The notes: generated by a model not told the origin, from the sequence alone. Shown: positions 1 through 8,395, numbered from the stretch's first letter. The stretch is 13,987 nucleotides of DNA from an uncultured bacterium (GCA_963759805.1 CAVXAT010000019.1:1-13987), one strand, 5' to 3'. Made by a program: numbers and translations.

Positions 1-425
1 ATCACGATAATCAGGTATGCCCAGCAATCTTTTCTCCTAATGGCCAACCCATCTTAACTGCTTCAGATGACAACACTGCAAAACTTTGGAATTTGAACGG
101 GCAGCTTATTGCAACATTCACACGATATATATCAAGCAGTCTTTTCCCCGGATGGCCAATTCATCTTAACTGCTTCAAATGACTATACTGCAAAACTTTG
201 GGAAATCCATCCACTTTGGAATTCCACAAAATATCGAACTGGCCAACTTTCTTTGCAAGAGTTAGCAACGATTTTGCTTATCTTGAAACACAAAGATTTT
301 GTTAGGTCAAATTCGAAGATCCAGGCCATTATTCATGGCGTTCTTAATCAAATCGATGGACCTGTGGATGTGCCTAAGAGCAAAGACACATCAAAAACTT
401 TTTTGTATGGTTTTTGAATTCTTAA
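1..425 (+). pseudogene. 3' part of WD40-repeat paralog 1 (5' truncated by window; frameshifted)
   Basis: Two WD40 units (H..V..A.FSP.G..ILTAS.D.TAKLW) followed by the family C-terminal domain (WEIHPLWNSTKYRTGQLSLQELATILLILK). Frameshifts occur near 120 and near 370. The family ending HIKNFFVWFLNS* (TAA 423-425) lies in a different frame from ORF 109..417. Confidence 0.75.
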
Positions 426-766
426 ACGGAAAGACTAATGTGGAAAACCAACATGGCTTAATACCCAAAAAATGCAGCCCGGCGACCAGGTTCTGTTCTC
501 GCCCAGGTGGAACCAGGTGTTTCAAGATCTGGTGTTGAAGTTGGCTGCTTAAAACAACAAATAATTTAGCATTTAAGTTTCACATAGAAACGTACCCAAT
601 TCAAATATCACCCAATCTGTTTCAGCCTGAAATCTTAATCTATTTTTAATCTATTTTTTTGATTTTTTGAGGGAGCGGTTGCGCAACCTGTTTTTTATTG
701 TTAAAATTGAAAATAATAAGAATTAAATAAAGTTTTTTATTGCAAATGTGAGTACAGGTTATATTT

Positions 767-772
767 AGGAGG
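767..772 (+). promoter_or_regulatory. Shine-Dalgarno site for WD40 paralog 2
   Basis: AGGAGG 7 nt upstream of ATG at 780. Confidence 0.7.
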
Positions 773-779
773 TTATATC

Positions 780-2111
780 ATGAAAAAGAGTTTATTTTTA
801 ATACCTTTGGCGACGCTGTTTTTTCAGGTACCATCATATGTTTTTTGTGCAATGGCGCCGGAAGAAACAAGTCGTAATTGGTCCTAACCTTACATCAAAT
901 ATGTTTCAATAATGCCAGTAACCATATTCTACTATTACACCCCAGAACAACTCCTTGAATCACCAAAAAGGAAAAAGCCCTGCCGCAAGAAATTGCATAT
1001 GAAATTTCTAAAACTTTAATATCAATAAATTCTGCCTTTTTCTTTCCCAAAATCGATGGTTATCCAAAAAAATCATGACAGTTTGGGATTTCATCACATT
1101 ACAATATTCCACCATGATGATTTGTAAATTCAGCAGTCTTTTCCCCGGATGGCCAATTCATTTTAACTGCTTCAAAGATCATACTGCAAAACTTTGGAAT
1201 TTGAACGGAGAGCCGATTGCAACATTCCATCACTGATTTTAGGTAAACTCAGCAGTCTTTTCCCCCGATGGCCAATTCATCTTAACTGCTTCATGGACCA
1301 TACTGCAAAACTTTGGAATTTGAACGGAGGAGAGCCGATTGCAACATTCCAGCACGATTTTGGGGTAAACTCAGCAGTCTTTTCCCCCGATGGCCAATCC
1401 ATTTTAACTGCTTCATAGGACCACACTGCAAAACTTTGGAATTTGAACGGAGGAGAGCCGATTGCAACATTCCATCACGATTTTGGGGTAAAATCAGCAG
1501 TCTTTTCCCCCGATGGCCAGTTCATTTTAACTGCTTCACATGACAAAACTGCAAAACTTTGGAATTTGAACGGAGGAGAGCCGATTGCAACATTCCAGCA
1601 CGATTTTGGGGTAAACTCAGCAGTCTTTTCCCCCGATGGCCAGTCCATCTTAACAGCTTCAGTTGACATTGCAAAACTTTGTAATTTGAACGGAGAGCCA
1701 ATTACAATATTCCAGCACGATTTTTGGGTAACCTCAGCAGTCTTTTCCCATGATGGCCAATTCATTTTAACTGCTTTAGGTAACGGTACTGCAATACTTT
1801 GGGAAATTCATCCGCTTAGGAATTCTCCAAAATATCGCAATGGTCAACTTTCTTTGCAAGAGCTAACAACAATTTTGCTTATTTTGAAATACAAAGACTT
1901 TGTTAAGTCAAATCCGGAGGCCCAGGCCATTATTCATGAAGTTCTTGATCAAATAGATGGAAATGTACCTGACGAACAAAGATACATCAAAAACTTTTTT
2001 GAATGGTTTTTAATCGATGGGAATGTACCTGACGAACAAAGATACATCACGAACAAATGGAATGTACCTGGATACATCAAAAAATTTTTTGAATGGTTTT
2101 TAAATTATTAA
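780..2111 (+). pseudogene. WD40-repeat paralog 2, about 6 repeats, multiple frameshifts (pseudogene or sequencing indels)
   Basis: ATG at 780 begins a signal-like MKKSLFLIPLATLFFQVPSYVFCA. Out-of-frame pieces (ICFNNA, ALPQEIAYEISK, FFPKIDGYPK) match the N-terminus of 2127..3455. WD40 units start near 1112, 1230, 1353, 1477, 1600 and 1717. Only 1443..2111 is a long continuous frame. Confidence 0.8.
1952..2105 (+). repeat. Local tandem duplication/triplication of the C-terminal tail (about 60-bp unit)
   Basis: GATGGRAATGTACCTGACGAACAAAGATACATCA occurs twice 60 bp apart, plus a rearranged third piece. The peptide IDGNVPDEQRYI...FFEWFL is repeated. Confidence 0.85.
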
Positions 2112-2126
2112 AAATGAAAGACTAAC

Positions 2127-3455
2127 ATGAAAAAACATCTTATGCCCAAAAATTTATTTGTGATTGCCCTACTCCTAATCACATTTTTTAAAAACGTAAG
2201 TGGAGCCAAACCCTTGACTGAAATATGTTTAAAGAATGCCTATGAATATATTCTCGACTGTCCTCCGAAACAACTTATTGAATTAGCCAGAGGCGAAAAG
2301 GCCCTACCCCAAGAAATTGCATACGAAATTTCTAAAGCCTTAATAACAAAAAATTCTACTCTTTTCTTTCCTAAAGTTGATGGTTATCCAAAAATAAAAC
2401 AAATATCCCAACATAATAATGAAGTAAAATCAGCAGTCTTTTCCCCCGATGGCCAGTTCATCTTAACTGCTTCATATGACAACACTGCAAAACTTTGGAA
2501 TTTGAACGGAGGAGAGCCGATTACAATATTCCAGCACGGTCATTTGGTATTCTCAGCAGTCTTTTCCCCGGATGGCCAGTTCATCTTAACAGCTCCAGCT
2601 GACCATACTGCAAAACTTTGGAATTTGAACGGAGGAGAGCCGATTGCAACATTCCAGCACGGTGATTGGGTACTCTCAGCAGTCTTTTCCCCCGATGGCC
2701 AATCCATCTTAACAGCTTCAACTGACCGTACTGCAAAACTTTGGAATTTGAACGGAGGAGAGCCGATTACAACATTCCAGCACGATTTTGAGGTAAAATC
2801 AGCAGTCTTTTCCCCCGATGGCCAGTTCATCTTAACAGCTTCACTTGACCATACTGCAAAACTTTGGAATTTGAACGGAGGAGAGCCGATTGCAACATTC
2901 CAGCACGATTTTGGGGTAAAATCAGCAGTCTTTTCCCCCGATGGCCAATCCATTTTAACTGCTTCATATGACCACACTGCAAAACTTTGGAATTTGAACG
3001 GAGGAGAGCCGATTGCAACATTCCAGCACGATTTTGGGGTAAAATCAGCAGTCTTTTCCCCCGATGGCCAGTTCATCTTAACAGCTTCACTTGACCATAC
3101 TGCAAAACTTTGGAATTTGAACGGAGGAGAGCCGATTGCAACATTCCAGCACGATTTTGGGGTAAACTCAGCAGTCTTTTCCCCCGATGGCCAATCCATT
3201 TTAACTGCTTCATATGACTATAATGCAAAACTTTGGGAAATTCATCCGCTTTGGAATTCCACAAAATATCGCAATGGTCAACTTTCTTTGCAAGAGCTAA
3301 CAACAATTTTACTTATTTTGAAATACAAAGACTTCGTTAAGTCAAATCCGAAGGTTCAGGCCATTATTCATGGCGTTCTTAATCAAATCGATGGGCCTGT
3401 GCCTGCAAATCAAAGGCATATCAAAAACTTTTTTGAATGGTTTTTAAATTCTTAA
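2127..3455 (+). CDS. Secreted WD40-repeat protein (7 repeats), paralog 3
   Basis: 442 aa with an N-terminal signal-like segment. Seven 41-aa WD40 repeats have a 123-bp period (His codons at 2412, 2535, 2658, 2781, 2904, 3027, 3150), followed by the helical family C-terminus. Confidence 0.93.
   Translation: MKKHLMPKNLFVIALLLITFFKNVSGAKPLTEICLKNAYEYILDCPPKQLIELARGEKALPQEIAYEISKALITKNSTLFFPKVDGYPKIKQISQHNNEVKSAVFSPDGQFILTASYDNTAKLWNLNGGEPITIFQHGHLVFSAVFSPDGQFILTAPADHTAKLWNLNGGEPIATFQHGDWVLSAVFSPDGQSILTASTDRTAKLWNLNGGEPITTFQHDFEVKSAVFSPDGQFILTASLDHTAKLWNLNGGEPIATFQHDFGVKSAVFSPDGQSILTASYDHTAKLWNLNGGEPIATFQHDFGVKSAVFSPDGQFILTASLDHTAKLWNLNGGEPIATFQHDFGVNSAVFSPDGQSILTASYDYNAKLWEIHPLWNSTKYRNGQLSLQELTTILLILKYKDFVKSNPKVQAIIHGVLNQIDGPVPANQRHIKNFFEWFLNS
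2412..3240 (+). repeat. Seven near-identical 123-bp WD40 coding repeats
   Basis: TCAGCAGTCTTTTCCCCSGATGGCCA and GCAAAACTTTGG recur every 123 bp. Confidence 0.95.
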
Positions 3456-3470
3456 AAATGAAAGACTAAC

Positions 3471-4172
3471 ATGAAAAAACTTCTTATGCTCAAAAATTTA
3501 TTTGTGATTGCCCTACTCCTAATCACATTTTTCAAAAACGTAAGTGGAGCCAAACCCTTGACTGAAATATGTTTAAAGAATGCCTATGAATATATTCTCA
3601 ACTGTCCTCCGAAACAACTTATTGAATTAGCCAGAGGTGAAAAAGCCCTACCCCAAGAAATTGCATACGAAATTTCTAAAGCCTTAATAACAAAAAATTC
3701 TACTCTTTTCTTTCCTAAAGTTGATGGTTATCCAAAAATAAAACAAATATCCCAACATAATAATGAAGTAAAATCAGCAGTCTTTTCCCCCGATGGCCAG
3801 TTCATCTTAACTGCTTGCGATGACAATACTGCAAAGCTTTGGAATTTGAACAGAGGGCCGATTGCAACATTCCAGCACGGTAGTTGGGTAAACTCAGCAG
3901 TCTTTTCCCCCGATGGCCAGTTCATCTTAACTGCTTCAGATGACGGTACTGCAAAACTTTGGGAAATTCATCCGCTTTGGAATTCTCCAAAATATCGCAA
4001 TGGCCAACTTTCTTTGCAAGAGTTGGCAACAATTTTACTTATTTTGAAGCACAAAGATTTTGTTAAGTCAGATCCGGAGGCCCAGGCCACTATTTATGGC
4101 GTTCTTAATCAAATCGATGGGAATGTGCCTGCAAATCAAAGGCATATCAAAAACTTCTTTGCAAGTTTTTAA
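3471..4172 (+). CDS. Secreted WD40-repeat protein (2 repeats), paralog 4
   Basis: 233 aa. The first ~115 aa are almost identical to 2127..3455 and the upstream linker (TAAAAATGAAAGACTAAC) is identical. It has only two WD40 units and the same C-terminal domain. Confidence 0.9.
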   Translation: MKKLLMLKNLFVIALLLITFFKNVSGAKPLTEICLKNAYEYILNCPPKQLIELARGEKALPQEIAYEISKALITKNSTLFFPKVDGYPKIKQISQHNNEVKSAVFSPDGQFILTACDDNTAKLWNLNRGPIATFQHGSWVNSAVFSPDGQFILTASDDGTAKLWEIHPLWNSPKYRNGQLSLQELATILLILKHKDFVKSDPEAQATIYGVLNQIDGNVPANQRHIKNFFASF

Positions 4173-4188
4173 ATGCTTAAACCTGCAC

Positions 4189-5448
4189 TTATTTAGCCCC
4201 CAGCAACTTTTCTTCAATTTCCATCAATCGATTATATTTTGCAACACGTTCGCCACGACAAGGTGCTCCAGCTTTAAACTGCCTCGCTGCAGTTCCAAAA
4301 ACAAGATCTGATATGAATGTATCGCAAGTTTCGCCCGATCGGTGCGAGACGACCGTTTTGTAATTATTTAGTTTACAAAATTTGATGGCTTCAACAGTTT
4401 GCGTAACTGTCCCAATCTGGTTTGGCTTGATAAGCACGGCATTTGCAACTCCAAGCTTGACGCCCTTTGCAATCCTATCAATATTTGTAACAAACAGATC
4501 ATCCCCAACAATTTGAATTTTATTCCCAAGCTTTTTAGTCAGAATTTCCCAGCCGGCCCAATCATCTTCAGCCATTCCATCCTCAATCGAAACAATTGGG
4601 TAATTCTTTACCAAATCTTCATACAATTCAACAAACTGTGAACTTGTTAGCTCTTGATTATCGATTATATAAACATTTTTTACAGCATCATAAAACTCAG
4701 AGGCGGCAATATCTAAGCAAAAAGAGATTTCACTTGTACAGTATCCGGACTCTTCAACAGCTTTGTGCATATAATCAAGCATGATATTCTCTTTATTTTT
4801 CTTGGCTTTAATCATGGGCGCAAAACCACCCTCAAAACCAACTCCAACACCATATCCATCTTTTCTTAAAATATTTTTAAGCGCCTGATAAACTTCAACA
4901 GCCGTCTGAACCGTCTTTTGCATTGATCCCTGATTCTTGGGCAAAATCATAAATTCTTGAAACGCAACACCATTGTCCGCGTGTACCCCGCCGTTTAAAA
5001 TATTAAACATACACAAAGGAAAAGCCGTAGGACCAATTCGGAAAACTTGATTTAATAATTCGTAAAGTTCTATTCCTGAATCAACAGCCTGTGCGCGAGC
5101 CACTGCAATGCTTGCAGCCAACGTAGCATTTGCCCCAAGATTTGATTTATTGGGAGTACCGTCGAGATCAATAATTAATTTATCCATGTCGATTAATGCA
5201 GGCGTTTTGCCAATCAATGCAGGCGCAATTTTTTGCTCCAAATTTTCAATAGCTTTCAAAACACCTTTGCCTAAAAACCTGTTTTTGTCACCATCACGTA
5301 ACTCAATGGCTTCAAAAATTCCGGTTGACGCTCCGGATGGCACTGCGGATGTTACCACACTGCCATTATCAAGTTTCAAAACACACATAACTGTTGGAAT
5401 ACCGTTAGAATCAAGCACTTCTCTGCCAAAAATCTTTGATATTTTCAT
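4189..5448 (-). CDS. eno: Enolase (phosphopyruvate hydratase)
   Basis: 419 aa with motifs VPSGASTG, EAIELRDGD, NGGVHA, FQEFMI, EGGFAP, SIEDG, VGDDLFVTN, LIKPNQIGT, VSHRSGET, ERVAKYN. Confidence 0.98.
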   Translation of the reverse strand: MKISKIFGREVLDSNGIPTVMCVLKLDNGSVVTSAVPSGASTGIFEAIELRDGDKNRFLGKGVLKAIENLEQKIAPALIGKTPALIDMDKLIIDLDGTPNKSNLGANATLAASIAVARAQAVDSGIELYELLNQVFRIGPTAFPLCMFNILNGGVHADNGVAFQEFMILPKNQGSMQKTVQTAVEVYQALKNILRKDGYGVGVGFEGGFAPMIKAKKNKENIMLDYMHKAVEESGYCTSEISFCLDIAASEFYDAVKNVYIIDNQELTSSQFVELYEDLVKNYPIVSIEDGMAEDDWAGWEILTKKLGNKIQIVGDDLFVTNIDRIAKGVKLGVANAVLIKPNQIGTVTQTVEAIKFCKLNNYKTVVSHRSGETCDTFISDLVFGTAARQFKAGAPCRGERVAKYNRLMEIEEKLLGAK

Positions 5449-5488
5449 GTTAATTTTACCCTTCTGAAAAATTTGCTAGTCTATGGAA

Positions 5489-5595
5489 CTTATTAATCCA
5501 TGGATTCCAGCCGTCCTTCGACAAGCTCAGGATGAGCGCTCATGGTGAGCCTGTCGAACCATGGCGGACAGGCCTGAAACCAATTTAGGATTACA
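5489..5595. repeat. Composite nested palindromic (REP/RPE-like) element, eno-yajC intergenic
   Basis: Backbone TGGAT|CCTGAAACCAATTTAGGATTACA is interrupted by TCCAGCCGT...ATGGCGGACAGG (5506-5572). The loop of that insert contains the hairpin TTCGACAAGCTCA...TGAGCCTGTCGAA. Homologous to 10689-10800. Confidence 0.85.
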
Positions 5596-5637
5596 CGCTG
5601 GTTTACACAGTATTTGTACAATATTGAGTTTTACATA

Positions 5638-5967
5638 ATGCTAAGCAACTTATACTCAAATATTAATACCCAAGTGACTGAATTAACAAAAAGTCAGTCG
5701 CCTTTAACCATAATTTTAATTCTGGCTTTAATTTTAACGCTAGTATTTCTTGCTTGCTACAATTTAATTATTATCCCTCAAAAATTGGCGCGGGCACACC
5801 TAGATTTCATATGCAACAAACTCAAACCGGGGGACAAGGTAAGCATCCAAAATGGGAACGTGGGCATAGTTTTATACATTTTTAAGAGTACGGTAATCAT
5901 AGAGCTTGAAAACGGATGCAAAACTGAAATTCTAAAACAGTCTATCAAAAGCATACATAAGTTTTAG
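5638..5967 (+). CDS. yajC: Preprotein translocase subunit YajC
   Basis: One TM helix followed by IIPQK...LKPGDKV...G.VG.V...V.IEL..G....I.K.SI, the YajC pattern. ATG 5638 is preferred over TTG 5614. Confidence 0.85.
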   Translation: MLSNLYSNINTQVTELTKSQSPLTIILILALILTLVFLACYNLIIIPQKLARAHLDFICNKLKPGDKVSIQNGNVGIVLYIFKSTVIIELENGCKTEILKQSIKSIHKF

Positions 5968-5973
5968 GGTTTT

Positions 5974-7380
5974 ATGGGACAAACAAACAAAAACTTCTCT
6001 CCATTTATACCAGCTTCCATCGCATTTATATTTGGAATTTACGCACAATCGTATGAACTTTTTAACCCGACAATTTTATTAATAATTCTTGGGGTTTTTA
6101 CCCCAATTGTGTTTGTCAGCGCAATGAAGCGCACAACGGCTTTTAAGCCGTTGTATTGCGCGAAATCCCGCCATAGCCGCATTCATCCCCAGCTTGATAA
6201 ACATGGGGTTTTCTGGCGACGGCGGATCAAAAATTTTTACTCGAATTTTACTCAGGCTTTTACTTGTATCATTTTTTTTACACTTGGTAGTTTTGCACTA
6301 ACATGGCAGAAAAATCAGTATTCAACTATGATACAAGAATTTGATGGCAAAAAACTTGATCTGATCGCCAAAGTTACAAATAAAATACTATTACCAGCAG
6401 ATAAGAGCGGCGACCGGCATGGTTGCTGGAAAGAGATTCTTGAAATAACAGTATGGCAAGCGAAAGATGTGACACCATTCTGCGAAATTAAAAAACCAAA
6501 CTTGCCCGCTCGTGGTGAGTGTTTTTTGCAGGCCGCACCCTTCGATACGCCTCACAACGCTCGGCACTCAGGGCGAGCGGCCAAAAAAAATGTATCGAAC
6601 CATGCGGGCATAAAATTTGCTTCGAATTGTATAGCCCCCTGCTATAAAAAAACAAACTTCAATCTGCAATGCTACTCCACTTCAAACAGTTGCGTGCAAG
6701 TTGACAATATAATTGAAATACAAGACGTCAAAATTAAAGTTCCACAGGATCAATCACTTTCTCAAAACAGTTCATATAAAAATTATCTGATTAAAGAGAA
6801 TTTGTTGGCTTCCGTATTTTTTTACAAAAACAAAAACATAAAAATTTTACGCACCCCAAAATTCAGCTTCAAAAGATTGATCTGGAATATACAAGTAAAC
6901 ACATATCAAAGGCTTCAACAAAAAATGCACCCTACCGTTTTTACTTACTTTTCACTAATGTTTTTAGGCAACACACATCACAAAAACATTGATTCGATGC
7001 GTAACACATTCAATTACTGGGGGCTATCACATTATCTGGCCCGCTCAGGATTACACATTGTTCTGTTTATTCTTATCTGGACGATATTTTTACAACTTAT
7101 TCCCATCTCAATCAGATTTAAACGCAGCTTACTAATTATTATTTGCATAACATATAAATTATTTTCTTGGACAAGCCTTCCATTCACCAGAGCCTTTTAT
7201 GCATTTATTCTGACTGAAATCGGAAAGATTTTTAATCTTCAAACGAACTTTTTGCACCTGCTCTGCATAGTATGCATGACCATTCTTTTATTTAATCCAA
7301 TGCAATTATTTTTTCTTGATTTCCAACTAACATTTGCACTGACGTTTGCGCTTGCATTCGTTTCAAAATATATGCACTAG
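5974..7380 (+). CDS. comEC: ComEC/Rec2-family competence channel protein (no C-terminal metallo-beta-lactamase domain visible)
   Basis: N-terminal TMs (FIFGI), a soluble region, then F..WGLSHYLARSGLHI, RA, NPMQLFFLDFQLTF competence-domain motifs. Contains two in-frame palindromic insertions. Confidence 0.88.
   Translation: MGQTNKNFSPFIPASIAFIFGIYAQSYELFNPTILLIILGVFTPIVFVSAMKRTTAFKPLYCAKSRHSRIHPQLDKHGVFWRRRIKNFYSNFTQAFTCIIFFTLGSFALTWQKNQYSTMIQEFDGKKLDLIAKVTNKILLPADKSGDRHGCWKEILEITVWQAKDVTPFCEIKKPNLPARGECFLQAAPFDTPHNARHSGRAAKKNVSNHAGIKFASNCIAPCYKKTNFNLQCYSTSNSCVQVDNIIEIQDVKIKVPQDQSLSQNSSYKNYLIKENLLASVFFYKNKNIKILRTPKFSFKRLIWNIQVNTYQRLQQKMHPTVFTYFSLMFLGNTHHKNIDSMRNTFNYWGLSHYLARSGLHIVLFILIWTIFLQLIPISIRFKRSLLIIICITYKLFSWTSLPFTRAFYAFILTEIGKIFNLQTNFLHLLCIVCMTILLFNPMQLFFLDFQLTFALTFALAFVSKYMH
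6133..6225. repeat. In-frame palindromic insertions in comEC (site 1)
   Basis: Perfect hairpin ACAACGGCTT-TT-AAGCCGTTGT (6133-6154), and CCGCCATAGCC...GGCGACGGCGG (6168-6225) with inner CCCCA...TGGGG hairpin. Confidence 0.8.
6503..6610. repeat. In-frame nested palindromic insertion in comEC (site 2)
   Basis: Outer TGCCCGC-TCGTGGTGAGTG...TGTATCGAACCAT-GCGGGCA. Inner oppositely oriented GGCCGC-ACCCTTCGATAC...CACTCAGGGCGA-GCGGCC (6531-6582). Confidence 0.85.
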
Positions 7381-7469
7381 CCAATTGGCAGTAGAAAAAC
7401 CAAATAGTCCGGATATACTTAAAACTACCGGGTTTGGATCTATCTGTTTTTAGTGCTTGAGGAATAATC

Positions 7470-8384
7470 GTGAACAATAAAAATAATGATAAAAATTTAG
7501 ACACCCAAGTAAAAAATTACATAAATTTTTTAAAAAAACAGCCCAAGGGCTTTGTGTACAAAGATAATAGACCGCTTCTGGAACCCGGCGCGCCCGTCTA
7601 CGCCAAGGCTACGACGGATGGTTCGACAAGCTCACCACGAGCGCGCCTACTTACTCCCGCTCATCCTGAGTGTTTTGCGAAGCTTGCTGAGCAAAATGTA
7701 TCGAAGGATCGTCCTGCCGTGCCGGCCATAGCTCCCCAAGAGCGACGGCTGGAGCCTGTCGAAGGATGCGAGTGCCAGACGAGATCTAATACAGAATCCG
7801 GATCAAAATCACGCCAAGATATGCTTGACGAAATAAAGTGCAAATTCAAAAACTGTACCCAATGCCCACTTGCCCAACAAGGCCGATCGCAGGTTGTTTT
7901 TGGTGTGGGAAATCCGTTTACAAAAATTATGTTTGTTGGCGAGGGACCGGGCAGAGACGAGGATGCCCAAGGAAAGCCGTTTGTCGGTCGAGCCGGCCAA
8001 TTGCTCACAAAAATAATTGAGGCTATGAAACTCAAGCGTGATGAAGTTTACATCAGTAACGTTGTAAAATGCCGCCCGCCAAACAACAGAACTCCACTGC
8101 CAAACGAGAGCGATATCTGCAAAAAATTAATTCTTTTTAAAGAAATCGAAATCATCAAGCCACAAATCATTTGTGCACTCGGAGCAACTGCCACACAGGG
8201 TCTGCTTGGATATGACATAAGCATTTCAAAATCGCGTGGAATTTTCTTTAAATTTAATGATACTTTGGTTCTGCCAACTTACCACCCAGCCTATCTTCTG
8301 CGCAATCCGGATGCAAAAAAGATTGTATGGGAGGACATGAAAAAGATTATTGGGAAATTAAACGAAATTAACACTACAATTTAA
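7470..8384 (+). CDS. udg: Uracil-DNA glycosylase, family 4 (4Fe-4S)
   Basis: CTQCPL, VGEGPG..ED..GKPFVGRAG, NVVKCRPPNNRTP..ESDIC, TYHPAYLLRNP motifs. GTG start. The N-terminal linker carries about 60 aa derived from palindromic elements. Confidence 0.95.
   Translation: MNNKNNDKNLDTQVKNYINFLKKQPKGFVYKDNRPLLEPGAPVYAKATTDGSTSSPRARLLTPAHPECFAKLAEQNVSKDRPAVPAIAPQERRLEPVEGCECQTRSNTESGSKSRQDMLDEIKCKFKNCTQCPLAQQGRSQVVFGVGNPFTKIMFVGEGPGRDEDAQGKPFVGRAGQLLTKIIEAMKLKRDEVYISNVVKCRPPNNRTPLPNESDICKKLILFKEIEIIKPQIICALGATATQGLLGYDISISKSRGIFFKFNDTLVLPTYHPAYLLRNPDAKKIVWEDMKKIIGKLNEINTTI
7588..7773. repeat. Cluster of in-frame palindromic elements in udg
   Basis: Contains CCGTCTACGCCAAGGCTACGACGG (7594-7617), TGGTTCGACAAGCTCACCACGAGCG, CGCTCATCCTGAGTG...TGTATCGAAGGA, CCTGCCGTGCCGGCCATAGC...GCGACGGCTGGA (7713-7753) and AGCCTGTCGAAGGA. 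All match the intergenic elements. Confidence 0.85.
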
Positions 8385-8395
8385 ACACATGGGGC

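Noticed and set aside
1475..3925. Minus-strand repeat ORFs (1475..1765, 2540..3199, 2827..3021, 3073..3306, 3728..3925) and + strand ORFs 299..538 and 1313..1543
   Set aside because: These are shadow or off-frame readings of the WD40 genes.
1..4172. Complete diversity-generating retroelement
   Set aside because: No reverse transcriptase, accessory gene or identifiable template repeat in the window. Some variants (AAA vs AAC, synonymous C/T) are not adenine-specific. Kept only as a hypothesis.
6395..6429. Possible third palindromic insertion in comEC (CCAGCA...TGCTGG)
   Set aside because: Only a 6-bp inverted repeat with no match to the element families, so it may be chance.
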